Positions 1-12,529 of a stretch of 64,000 bases of DNA are shown piece by piece. Origin of the DNA: Dipteris shenzhenensis (lineage: Eukaryota). The stretch lies in the NCBI GenBank assembly GCA_047967505.1, contig CM106538.1; one strand, 5' to 3'. Numbering within the stretch: position 1 is the first letter of the stretch; the number at the start of each line of letters is the position of its first letter. The position numbers and the translations under genes were made by a program. The notes below the pieces were generated by a model, which searched no databases, had not been told where the DNA came from, and saw only the letters and a list, made by a program, of their open reading frames with translations.

Positions 1-962
1 CTATGGATATCACCACCAAAGGCAAGGTAGTTGAGGTCTTTGGAGCTGTACATTAGCTGAGGGGGGAAACTTTAGAGAAGTGGCTTCTTAGAGTTTGTTT
101 CAAGTCATGGAGGCTCTAGACAAAAGTCTAGTTTTGGCATTTGACATCATTTGTAGGGGCTATGTCCACCCCCTTTTTAACTTATATATATATTTACTTT
201 TCCAACATAAATAAGATTCACTTGCCCTTCTCAATCAATTATAATTTTGACAAATGTCTACATAAGCCATGTAATCATCCTAACAAAGCTAGAAACTTGG
301 AAACAAACTTAATGATATCATATTTTTCGTTCACATTAGTCTAAAAGTCCTTTAAAAGTGGCATGGTCATTTGAGGTGACTATTGATCGTCTCACTGTGA
401 ATTATTTCCTTAATCAACTTGTTCTCCTAAGCAAAAAAGAGGATTGGAATTTGTACAAACTTATGGCTTTGACATCCAATCTACAAGGGGAAGGAAAGCA
501 TAGTAGCTAATGCAAGGTAGGGTCAAAAGAAATACATGGACCTTTTGAATGAGGTAACTAGGGGTTGGATACACATCATTAAAAGAAATATATGGATTAT
601 TTTTAAATGTCCAAATTCTTAAAAGCTTTTGAAACCCTCACAATATGGACCAGCACACAATTATTGTGAAAGGGCTTCTTTAACCCATCACTTACCACCC
701 TAAAATTAAAGGAGTAGCTAAGGTTTTTTTATCATGAAACATAGAAGACTTGGCAAAGGTGCTTAGAGTTTTGCAAAATTATATCACAACACTAAGCACA
801 TCGCAATTGGGCTGAGCCCATATAAGCTTTTATATGGCTGCAAACCTAAGCTATCTAACAGCATTGGGAACAAGGTTATCACGATTCTTGTATCAGAATA
901 TGGCAAGAGGACAGCAAAGTATGAAGGAAAATGTTGATGACAAAAGGAGACATGTAGAGTTT
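1..962 (+). repeat. Copy 1 of a ~965-bp direct repeat (degenerate Ty3/gypsy integrase-derived sequence)
   Basis: Near-identical to 8616-9581. Carries integrase-like remnants (TYHPKIKGVA, GLSPYKLLYGCKPKL). Confidence 0.85.
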
Positions 963-1347
963 GAAGAGGCAACATAGTTTATCTCAACTACATATGCATA
1001 GATAAGCTTCATTTGAGCTGCACCACCTAAGCTAGCTCATAGATTCTATAGACGCAAGAAAGTGGTTTGGGCTAGTTTGGTGGACTATGATCTCAAATTA
1101 TCTACTACATCTAGGAACCATAATGAATGTTAGCACTTGGCCCTAGTATGGTCTTGTAGGATAGTCTTAGGACTCATTCTACATTTAGGTTGACTTCATT
1201 GGTCAACCATATGGTTGACTTTGGGGCCATATAGGCCACCCCTTTGTACTATCTCATTATCCATTTGCAAGTACTCATTTTTGCTTTAGCTTGTTGTTTT
1301 GCTCCATTGCATTCCATTCGCTTTCCGTTGCTTCTCGCACCCAACTG

Positions 1348-1358
1348 TGGTATCAGAG
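1348..1358 (+). other. Possible tRNA-iMet primer-binding site of a decayed LTR element
   Basis: TGGTATCAGAG, followed downstream by a Copia RT fragment. Confidence 0.4.
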
Positions 1359-2139
1359 TGGGATTGGGTGATCCTATCTTCCTTCCTTCTGCATTTGTTG
1401 CCCATAACTCTATTTCCACCTTTAGCTTCAGCTTGGGAGCTTTGGTCCAGTGCAATTGTTTGCTACACTAGTCGTCAATGCCACACTGCACCCGTACGCA
1501 CCCGTACAGGTCCAAAACATCCATACACTCTATAATGCAAATCATCCGTACAAATGTACAATACTCTTTTGTAAAACCTCCCAGTACATGCATCATCCAT
1601 ACAGATCTGCATCACTTGCCTATACTGTCATCATTCGTACAACATAGGAATTTTCTAGTACATCCATGCCAGTCCAGCTAGGCATGATCGTTCGTACAAT
1701 GTCACCTGCCCAAGAAAGTCATCATCCATACATCCTTTTGTTCATGCAGTATATTGCATCATAACCATTTGTATACAACTTTATGGAGGATAGTAATCTA
1801 CTTTCGTACAACTTGCATTTACCTCCATATGTCGTTGTCGCAAGCTACTACAATCTGTCGTACCTACACTCTGATTGTATGGCTTCTGGCAACATTTGCA
1901 GGTTTTTGCAATACTCTTGACTTTGTATGTGCTAGACTTGCAAAAATTGGGAGCATTTTGTGTACCTTGATAGAAATTGTAGTAAGATTGCCAATTTGCC
2001 CTTTAGAAATTAGGGCATCTCACAACTGGCCTCAATTTTGCAGGTACTTTTTCACTCAATGTGAGTGATAATTTCAAACATTAGCTATTATTAGTAGGTC
2101 TGAATTGGCAAATTTTGGGGGTTTTTGATGAGGCAGGTG

Positions 2140-2388
2140 TATGATCGTGGTCCTTTATGTGGATGAACTTGTCATAACAGAGAACCATGAAGAGAAGATC
2201 TCGCAGACGAAGCATTTGCTAGGAAGAGAGTTTGAAATGACAAATCTCAGACTGATGCATTTTTGTTTGGGGATTGAAGTTTGGCAGGAGCCAAAACAGA
2301 TCTTCATTTCATAACCGAAGCATGCTAGAGAGATACTAAAGGCATTTGGCATGGCTGAGTGCAAGACAGTTAGTATCCCTATGGAGGT
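2140..2388 (+). mobile_element. Ty1/Copia reverse transcriptase fragment (pseudogene)
   Basis: LYVDELVITENHEEKISQTKHLLGREFEMTNLRLMHFCLGIEVWQEPKQIFIS*PKHAREILKAFGMAECKTVSIPME. Confidence 0.85.
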
Positions 2389-3034
2389 TGTGAAGCTCTA
2401 AAACGAGGATTTTGCGGACCGGTTTTATCGTATGGTCGGTGGCCTATTTCAGGACTGACCCCCGATCGACCGTTTTGGGCGGACTGGGTTGGTCACCCGA
2501 TTGAGCCTAATCGACTACGACTGGTGGCTATATAAGAGCAAGCCCGTGAAGCCCATTTCATCACTGGCTACAGCAACCCTGATTCTTTAGCATCCAGCCT
2601 CCGTCTTCCACTACTTCCAGCACGCCATCAAAGCTTCTTTCACAGGAGCACACAATTGGGAGGCAGCGCCATCTATTGTATCAGTTCTATAGTAATCAAA
2701 TTTTTTGATTCTCCATACTATCTTGTTTTCTCTCTTGTGTACGAAATCCTATTATCTGTTGAGCACAGACGTTGTATTATTTTCTTACATCTACTCTACC
2801 CAATCCAAGCCCTCTACTCTAGCCTCTACTCTATACTAGCCTGCTGCCTAAGCCCTATACCCCCTTGCTAAGTCCTCTACTCTACTCCCTTGCTAAACCC
2901 TCTACTCTACCCTTCCTTGATAAAGCCTAGATGTAGTACTATTTATGAAGTATATATAATGTACATAAAATACAATATTTTTATGTGTTTCTAGGTGAGA
3001 CGTCTGCCAAAATCTAGAAACGTTTCTTGTGACA
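2389..3034 (+). mobile_element. Possible LTR interrupting the Copia RT
   Basis: Starts TG exactly where the Copia RT breaks off, has TATATAAG near 2530 and ends ...GTGACA. No TSD or partner LTR was found. Confidence 0.35.
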
Positions 3035-3899
3035 CTACTATTGGAAAATTCTAATTTATGCCTTTATTTGTGTGACAAGCAAGCCTTGTGCACGCATTGC
3101 ATGTGCATCCGTGTCTACTTGCCGTGCAAAATGTTGTGGGACTTCGAGGTAATTTTTAAAGTCATTAAGTGGCTACATTCCTACATGCATGTGGGACTAC
3201 TAGGGTACAGGCATGCATGCAAGTTACATGTGGCTGCATGCATGCTAAAGTGTGTCCACACTAGTACTAGAACTCTTCGTTTACTTTCAGAAAATAGTCA
3301 ACTTTAGTCCTAAAGGTACCTTTTAAAGTACGTTGAGTGGAAAGTCAGATTTGAGTGCCCTAAAAGGCAAGTCAGATTCATGGCTTGCATGCCAAGTCTT
3401 TCATCACAACCAATTAACCAAGCATGTAGCTTGTGCAAGCACCTAATATTCTCTTCTTGTCCCTCAAGGTTTTGACTTTCTAAAATAGCCGACAATCCAG
3501 TCTATTCTGCTGCACTAAACTCACCTATTCTACTAGATTGTGACCCCTCCCCTCCCTTGGCTAAGCCTACTTTCTCCCTCTCTCCTAGCTAAAGTTCCAC
3601 AACCTCACATTGCTGCAAAATGTACATCTCATGCTCATACTTCTCTCTTTTACATAGGGAGAAAGGCTGTGATATTATGTTCTCTTTCATGCCCCCCTTC
3701 TTGTACCTTTCTCTTGCAAAAAGCTCCAGCCTACATCTCATCCTGGAGCAAAATTCTAGCCAATGCCCTTGGACCTTTTGCTCTACTGCAGGTGCAAGTA
3801 GTCTAGATAGATGCCCAATTTTTGTAAAGTTTGTTCGCTTAAATGCAACATATGCAACAAGGACTACTGTTAGTGCAATAGACTCAGGAAGAACATAAA

Positions 3900-5400
3900 G
3901 TGCATAATGGTATGCCCTCCTCTTCCTCGTTTGCTAAGGGGATGGAGCATACTTCAGAATATGTTCTTAGTTAAGAGGCTTATTTTGCCACAACAGATTA
4001 TCTTGATCAAATTCAAGCTACCCTTGTTGAGATGTATATTTTAGGGAAGGATTTTTCTTAGTGGAGAGATTTAAAAAGCAAAGCCTTACTCATCTACTAC
4101 TTGGGTGGTGTTTTGTAAGGCATTCATGATTGGATTCTTATTGGAACTAGATGAGTTTGACAAATTTCAAATGCTCCAAAATCTGAATAAAAGTACCAAA
4201 CCCCTGGGTACATATATCCAAGAATCTCCTGAGGTTTTTTCAAAATTTCCTTAGTTGTTCTTCGTTTATAGCCTTCCTAAGGATTATTTGATTGAGATTA
4301 GGAAGAAGTTTGAGAAATTGGATTAGGCGTTCTCTTTGCAAAGGTCTATGATAGTATCCTTGCATCATACAAGGATATTGAATCTTCATCGGCCGAACAA
4401 AGTGGAAAGCCTAAATGAACGAATACCACAAGAACCGTGGAGGCAGCAACTCTATGCCTGAAAAGGCCAATTTTGATAAGCCGCCGACATAGCCGCCTCT
4501 TACTAAGGAGTGTGGTACCAATGCTCCATCATGGGTGGAAGCTCAAGCAATGGGACTCAACTTCAAATGTGGCAAAGCATGTCAGATGTTGAACACTTGT
4601 CCATTGAACTATGGTAAGTGTAAAGGCAAAGCAAAAGTCTGCTTAATTGAATCTTGTACTCCAGGTAATCCTTGCACATTACTAGTTTAAATGTCTTTTC
4701 TTCTGACATGAATTTTGAGAAATATAATTTCAACGTTAATGTGTTTAAGTTCCATAACTTAATCTACATGGTGGGTTGGGTTGATGGGCACCTAGCTCAC
4801 ATTTTGTTTGATGATGATAGTACTCTCGATTGCATTAATGCTTCTCTTGTGCAGAAGTTGCACATCCCAATGGTTCGCAATAGCTACTATTACATGGATA
4901 ATCTCGGACATGGGGCCATGGGAAGAGATGGTCCATAATTTATGAGTCAATATTCAGGACTACTTTGAGGGGCTATCATTTCATGTGAGGAGCTATCATT
5001 TTATTCGATGAGATTGGATAGTGTCGATAGTGTAGATATTTTGCCTAGGATGGAGCAGTTCTTTAGTAAGAGCCCTTATGTAAATATTGCTTGTCGAAAC
5101 CAATTATTTTATCATTTATCTATAATTGGGAAGGTTTCTTGTGGTATTTTTAGATGACATCTTGATCTATAGTAAGACTCTCTTTAAGCATGGATATCTT
5201 TACATAGTGTTGTCCAGAATTAGTGGTATTTGTATTGATTGTGAGAAAGTCAAAAAGGTATGTGAGGGGCCAATTTGGAGACCGATTAGTGAGGTCAAAT
5301 CATTTATAGGATTTGTGAACTTTTTTAAACTCACATCTAGAATTATGCTAAGTTATCATTACCCTAGTCAAACTTGTCTAAATGGGTGAAGGGGTAGGTA
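3900..5400 (+). mobile_element. Decayed Ty3/gypsy gag-protease-RT remnants
   Basis: Degenerate zinc knuckle (~4550-4600), protease-like AHILFDDDSTLDCINASLV (~4790-4850), and RT GRFLVVFLDDILIYSKT and EVKSFIGFVNFF (5126-5330). Confidence 0.75.
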
Positions 5401-5435
5401 CAATAAAAAGTGACATGATCACATTGAAGGTGACT

Positions 5436-5446
5436 TGAGAGAGAGA

Positions 5447-5498
<52 letters not shown>

Positions 5499-5517
5499 GA
5501 GAGAGAGAAGGAGAGAG
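5436..5517. repeat. (GA)n microsatellite
   Basis: Directly visible. Similar tracts occur near 28310, 28540, 34410-34500, 36020, 38705, 38980, 45365, 52695 and 53600. Confidence 0.95.
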
Positions 5518-6336
5518 CTGATATGTGTATTTGTTTCATTACAAAAAGTTGGACTAAAAAAGGAGCCCTGTAAGAGAGCCCTTGGGCTGGTGACATGGAA
5601 GGATAACATGAATAAAGGTGAGTAAATTATTGGCTAGCGGAGGGAAAAAAAATATTGGAATGGCTTGAATTTTCTATTTCTTTATTCAAAGGCCCAAAGT
5701 TTGATGTAGGCCTCCCACTTGTTGCCTTCGCTTTCTGATCATGTTTTTGAACTGTAACCAGTTACCAAACTAAAAAACCTAGTTACTCAACCAAACTTGC
5801 ACCATTTTTCCTAAAACCAACTCCTCATATCCAACTACCACACTCTCTAATTCCTCTTCCCTCTCCCTCATTTCTGACCTCCATTTTGAATTTACCTTGC
5901 TCCAACCCTATTTTTAAATCTGTTCGTTTCTTTTGAGCAAGAAGCTTCTTTCTATGTTCTCCCTATCATGGGATAGAATCTCACGTCGAAATCTCATCAT
6001 TTCCCTTCTTCACTTGCATTCCCCTCCCATTTCACTCTCCTTCTTTTAGAACTGTGTTCAAGGGATCATATTGATCTCGAGAAGGTAGAGAATATTAGGG
6101 ACCTTCTTCTTCCACAATACGTTTCCCAGCTCCTCCAATGTTTTCTAGGAGGGGTAGGTTATTAAAAGTGCTTCATCAAGCACTACATTTCTTAAACCAT
6201 ACCATTAACAAAATTGTTGAAAGGGAGATAGATCTTACTTTGGTAAGGACACAATTTTTTGAAGGAGATTCAGCCTACCTTCTTCTTGTCAAGCGAGCAA
6301 CCAATGTGTGGCTATGTGCAATGAGTGTCCATGTGA

Positions 6337-6623
6337 AGAAGATAGAGCCTACATCGTTTAGCATAACAAAGTAAGGAGAAATCATAGACTTCCACAAGCA
6401 TTTAGCATGCACCATATCCATGCCACGAACTTGAAACTAGATCACCCACAAGGTAGAAGGATAATACTTGAAACTGGATCACCCATGAGGTAGAAGATAG
6501 AGCCTACATCGTTTAGCATAACAAAGTAAGGAGAAATCATAGACCTCCACAAGCATTTAGCGTGCACCATATCCATGCCACGAACTTGAAACTGGATCAC
6601 CCACGAGGTAGAAGGATAATACT
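6337..6623. repeat. Tandem duplication, period ~155 bp
   Basis: AGAAGATAGAGCCTACATCGTTTAGC... occurs at 6337 and 6492. Confidence 0.85.
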
Positions 6624-8615
6624 GGATGCTCTACAACATCTTCAGTACACATTTAGTAAAGGACTTTATGAATTGGCATGCAAGCCTATATTTCCAAAAC
6701 ATAAATGATCAATCGATTATCTTACCACTGTTCAGACAGACATGATTTTTGCTCTCATTAGTGGCATAGCGCACATACAACTCCAGAACTGATTCTAGGT
6801 CTTCCACGCTCATGCTCTTTGAAATGGTTTTGAAGTGAGGTTGCTTGATGTCTTTCAAGCAATACCCAAGCATACCATGAAACATATGCATGTTCTTTTG
6901 CCTCAAAGCCCTGCACATGATCCCCCCCCCCAACAGGTCTCTTCTTCTCCCACCCGATGTATTTCTAAATCAACTTGTTCACACCATGCACACTCTTTGC
7001 AGTGATTTAGCAAACCATCTTGAGAAGCAAATGAAATAGATACCTTCCCCTCTCTTCTGAACAAAGACCCACAAGACAACGCAACCCCGAAAATTCCTCC
7101 GCAATGCCAATAAGACCAACGTCAATGTCAGCACTTCCTACATCAATCATCATGCCCACCTCCAACAATTTGGACACTCCTAGCTTGAGGATCGGTGGTC
7201 TACCTCTACCACTCTTCATAACCTCTGATCTGCATGCATGAAAACTAGCCTATCATATCTACAATGCAATGACATGAACCTCTCCCCTTCAATCACAAAT
7301 ACTAACCTCTCCCTTTTGGTTGCTTCGACTTTGTTTGCAACGCCATTGCCCAGCTCTATCTACAACTCCATCTTCTCTCCTTAACAAGTATGAGTGAGTC
7401 ACTTGAGCTTCATGCTCTATGCTCACTCCATCTCCCCTCCCACCACTCTACTTCCCTTTAAAATCCTACATCTTGACATGGTGGTAAGCATGCATCATGG
7501 CAGAGAAATTTATTGCTTCGCCTCCTTTGTCCTAGCTCCCAAATGCCATGCATTGCACATGTAGAGGATTCTAGATCAGCACTATGGATAAGACGACCAG
7601 CAAAGGCAAGTCTAGGAGCAAATCAATGGATGCTTGGAGCTCCAAAGGCAAGAAAAGTGGTGTCTACATGTGTGCAGCATTAGGCAACATGTCAAGGTAG
7701 GACCAAGGCTTGGGATGTGGGCCAAAAGTTGCTAATTGATGGTGATGCAAGGTAGGAGTATCCCGAGCTAGAGGCGCCTAGGTTGGTCTATGAGTAGGTT
7801 AAGGGCTTGCAAGAGGCCTGGTAGAAGATGGCAGGGCACCACGAGGAGGCTGGTGGGGCCATCCAACCATGCCATGATATGGGCTGGTTGGAGCCATCCA
7901 ACCAGGCCATGATATGGGCAGACCATGGGCCTAGGCCCCTACATTGAACGGAGGTCCAAAAGGACTTAGTTATAAGGGCCATAAAGGTTGTTTGGGGGGG
8001 GGCAAAAAGTTGGCCAGTTCCCCCCTTGCTAGTCACTCAATTTTAACCTTATAGAAGGGGCCCCTCAAGGGGTAATAACATCATCCAGCAATCATCAAGC
8101 AAAGGAGAAAAAGGAGCAACAAGTGCCTCTTCCTTGGGCCTACATCCAAGAGGCAAAGGAGGGCTAGAGGTGCTGTAAATTGAGTTCACTTGGGGCTGAA
8201 GTCTCAGTTGTCCACCTAGGCAGCAAGGCATTGAGATCTTTGGACAAAGAGTCTACATATGCTCGAGGTGCAGTATGCAGGCTGAGAGATCTAGAGGTAT
8301 CCTTGGTAGATAGTGGAATAAACTTTTGGTAAGATTAGAGGACCACATCCTAGTGGGACTCTGGATCTATATTTTGTATTGTGTCCATAGCTTGGACTGA
8401 TATGTATTCTTTTGTTGGATTCTATATCTGGCTTGGTTCCCTGTCTATTTGCAAGTTTGCACAACCCATCTATTTGAAGCACATTAAGTGAAGAAGTTTG
8501 TGATTCCACCCACACCACACAATGTGTGAGCTCCTTGGCTATTCCATCAATCTTCCATTGTGCATACCCTTTGTTGGTCGATTTCTAACATTGAGGACTT
8601 GTCATGTGGAAGCAC

Positions 8616-9581
8616 CTGTGGATATCACCACCAAAGGCAAGGCAGTTTAGGTCTTTGGAGCTGTACATTAGCTGAGGGGGGAAACTTTAGAGAAGTGGCT
8701 TCGTAGAGTTTGTTCCAAGTCATGGAGGCTCTAGACAAAAGTCTGATTTTGGCGTTTGACATCATTTGTAGGGGCTATGTCCACCCCCTTTTTAACTTAT
8801 ATATATATTTACTTTTCCAGCATAAATAAGATTCACTTGCCCTTCTCAATCAATTATAATTTTGACAAATGTCTACATAAGCCATGTAATCATCCTAACA
8901 AAGCTAGAAACTTGGAAACAAACTTAATGATATCATATTTTTCGTTCGCATTGGTCTAAAAGCCCTTTAAAAGTGGCATGGTCATTTGAGGTGACTATTG
9001 ATCGTCTCACTCTGAATTATTTCCTTAATCAGTTAACTTGTTCTCCTAAGCAAAAAAGAGGATTGGAATTTGTACAAACTTTTGGCTTTGACATCCAAAA
9101 TACAAGGGGAAGGAAAGCATAGTAGCTAATGCAAGGTAGGGTCAAAAGAAATACATGGACCTTTTGAATGAGGTAACTAGGGGTTGGATACACATCATTA
9201 AAAGGAATATATGGATTATTTTTAAATGTCCAAAGTCTTAAAAGCTTTTGAAACCCTCACGATATGGACCAGCACACAATTATTGTGAAAGGGCTTCTTT
9301 AACCCATCACTTACCACCCTAAAATTAAAGGAGTAGCTAAGGTTTTTTTATCATGAAACATAGAAGACTTGGCAAAGGTGCTTAGAGTTTTGCAAAATTA
9401 TATCACAACACTAAGCACATCGCAATTGGGTTGAGCCCATATAAGCTTTTATGTGGCTGCAAACCTAAGCTATCTAACAGCATTGGGAACAAGGTTATCA
9501 CGACTCTTGTATCAGAATATGGCAAGAGAACAGCAAAGGATGAAGGAAAATGTTGATGACAAAAGGAGACATGTAGAGTTT
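8616..9581 (+). repeat. Copy 2 of the ~965-bp direct repeat
   Basis: Aligns with 1-962 at an offset of about 8615. Homology stops abruptly after AGAGTTT, where the Athila-like element begins. Confidence 0.85.
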
Positions 9582-10545
9582 CGGCGAGGCCGAAGCCGAC
9601 TGGCAGATGTTGACTTTTCAAGTAATAGAGGACCGACATGTACAACATGGAATTGCCGATGACATCCCCATGGGTATTGAGATCATCTCTCATCTGGGTG
9701 CAATAGTAGTAAGCCCAGTTTGTCTCCTGGAAGTTCACCATTCTCAGCAAGATATTGGGCACAACGAACTGATGATGGTCTGTGTGCTTCACTTGGGTGA
9801 GCCATTGCAAGGATCTTGCTAGTCGCTCTACTACCTCGGGCTTGTGGATGGCGGTGAACTGGATGTGGCCTCTGCACTTGTGGTGGTCGTCCGTCTTTAG
9901 GGAGTCAAGCTTCTTTTTCTACTTGGAGTATTTCTCTGCCACCACTGGCAAGTTGAATGCTGCCCCCACCGTGTCTTCTGGTAGTGGTGGGATTGCCGAC
10001 TGTGTCATGGAAGACACCAATGTTGGTGGTGTTGTCGTACTTCTTGAGAAACTCTGCTAGCAAAGTCATGTCCAGGTGGCATGGGAGACGGGCTGCTACT
10101 CTTCCCAAGCCTGCAAAGTTAAGTGCCTCCACAACTACTAGGTCCTGGAGGGCGGCATATGCTACTGCTGTGTGGTAGTGGAGGGTGTAGTCGTGACCCT
10201 TGTTAGCAAAGCGCGAGTGGATCATGCAAGCATCTAGCTCCTGGAGCCATGCTTCTCCCAATGGCGAGTGCGCTTGTGAATGCACGAATCTTGTACTCGC
10301 CTGCGGTTGGCATCGAGGTGCGCTTTCGTGTTCTCGTGGGAGGCGTTGTAGTTGGCTCTTCTTGGGTGGCATGTGTGGTGGAAGTGTCTTCATCCTGTAA
10401 GTCTTCCACGGGTATTTCAGTCGGCGTTCGAATTGTGGTAGAAGGAGTGCTCTGAGGATCTAATGGGCCAGTGGCCTCTGGGATAGGGCGAGGGTGGAGA
10501 CCCAGGTCAACTTCGAACTCGAAGAAGTCATGTTCGGATTCCATC
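9582..10545 (-). pseudogene. Extra 3' ORF of the Athila-like element (frameshifted, truncated)
   Basis: Overlapping same-strand ORFs: MESEHDFFEFEV...(Pro/Thr-rich), WLQELDACMIH...LLAEFLKKYD, QETNWAYYYCTQMRDDL. Position is typical of extra ORFs in Athila/Tat elements. Confidence 0.5.
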
Positions 10546-12166
10546 GCAAATAGGAGTGGCAATTGCGTGACGAGGGAATTGGTGGATGAGGAAGAATAGG
10601 AGGACATAAATAAGCTGGTGGAGGAACCTGTCAGATTTTTGGATAAATTTTGACAGAGTTCTGGGGTAACAGCTATGGTGACACCCAATGGGGTAGGCTT
10701 GCTTTTATAGAATTCTATCCCCCCGACCGGCAGGATACTGGTATGGCGACGATCGGTGCTAGCTTTGATGGTGACAATCGGTGCTGACTTTGATGGTGAT
10801 GGTCAGCATGGAGTGTTTGTGTCCTAGGCCACGACCGGTGTGGTACTCGAATGGCGATGGTTGGTGCAATTTGGGATGGTGATGACCCGGTGGGGTATCG
10901 TGATCGCGATGTCCGGTGTTGTACTTTTGGCAACAATCGGTGGCATATTTTGGAGACGGTTGGCGGAGAACATTTTGGCGACAGTCAGTATTGTACTGGT
11001 TTGGCGACAACTGGCGAGGTAGTGACTATGTAAGAATAGGGAAAAGGAAGGGAAGGAGGAGTGGGGTGGGGGAAAATGTGGACTGAGTGGAGTGCACTTG
11101 TGTGGTGCAACGTGATAGTGAGGTCATCATGCAAGAACATGAACACTTGTAAAAATGCAAGAACAGATTCTAATCACCTAGTGCTGACCGTGTGTTCGGC
11201 AGGGACTAGTGGGCTACGAGTGCGTCGGGTGAGATGCCTACTGTACTGACTCACCTAGACCTAGACATGATGATTATGATGAATGTGGTGGAGGCGGGCA
11301 GGTGGAGGCGGGCACTGTACTACTACATAGCGAGTAAGGAGCCATGTAGAGTATGTGTCTAGCTTATTCTTTACCTTGGATGGCAGGAACACTTTCGTGT
11401 TGGACTCCGTTGTTGTTGCGGGGTTCGACTTCCTTGGAGATGCGAGCTTTCGTGGGTCTACCTGTGGGGCTGTGAGTAGGGTGGCACCATTACCTTCGAG
11501 TGTCCGTCCCTAGGGGGAGGTTCTTGTGTAACTTTTCATGGGGTGGAATTCAATTCTTGCAGAGTTTCTCAGCTGGTGGTGCCGATACTTGTGTTAAGTT
11601 GGACCGCCGCCCGGGACACCAGTGCTGCGTATTCGGTACCTAGAGGATGGCTTGTTGTGCCGATCCATTGGCAGGTTCTTGTGGTGCTATATTCCGGGGA
11701 GACACAGGTTCTTGTAGTGCTATCTTCGACGCCGTCGGGGTTTGCCCTATCTTTTTCTGGATCCAGGCGACTTTATTGCCTTGGCTGCCCGAGCGGGCGG
11801 TGTTTATCGAACTGTTGGCAATGCGTGGTAGTGGATGAGGCATGACCTCGAAGTGCAACTTTCTTTGGGTAGTGAATGTGTGTGGAATAAGCAATCTTGA
11901 GGTGATCGGAGCTGCTATTGCTATGTTACCGTTCTTTGAACGTTGGTTCCGATCGAAGTGACAGGTGCAGAGCATAGCATCTTGTACTTACAGCTCCTAG
12001 ATTTCTTGAGCGGAGGATGGTAGAATTGATCGAGCATGCAATGGCATTGGCTTACCACTGTGTGGCGAACTTTCTTCTCCTTTTGAGCTGGGCCCTTAAG
12101 CAGTGTGCTAGTGGAAGCTGGGGCTTCTAGTTGGCTTTGCTATGTCGCTTCATTATCGTGAATCGA

Positions 12167-12529
12167 CTAGGTCACGGCCGAAGAGGGGGGGCTTGGTCTG
12201 CACAGCAGGACTACCACCATTTGACCACCATTGATAAGCGAAGCAGTTTGGGTGTGCCAGTCGATTTGGCAGTTAATGGCATAGCACCAGGTTTTTCCTA
12301 GAATAATTTGCTCTTCGGTGGCTTCTGTAGGGAGAACATAAAAGCGTATATCCACAGCTTGGTGAACAACCATTAGACTTAGATTTACATAACCCAAGGT
12401 TTGTAGAAGTTGGCCATTTATAGCTCTTATTGAGGCAATAGTGAGGGTTAGGGGTACCTGTAGGTTTTCCCATACCTCTCGGGAGATGTTATGGCTCGCT
12501 CCTGGGTCCACGAGTGCTTTGATGCGCAT
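12167..12529 (-). pseudogene. Retropepsin-type aspartic protease domain located 3' of integrase
   Basis: IKALVDPGASHNIS...IRAING...LGYVNLSL...FYVLP...IILGKTW: catalytic motif, flap and ILG motif of retrotransposon proteases. Confidence 0.8.

Noticed and set aside
7560-8590. Solo LTR
   Set aside because: TG...CA ends are plausible, but there is no TSD, PBS or second copy to support the boundaries.
1-9581. Paired LTRs of one retrotransposon
   Set aside because: The repeat is integrase-derived and lacks TG...CA ends, a PBS, a PPT and a TSD.
9403-9810. 135-aa ORF as a real gene
   Set aside because: It is a chimeric read-through across the 9581/9582 junction.
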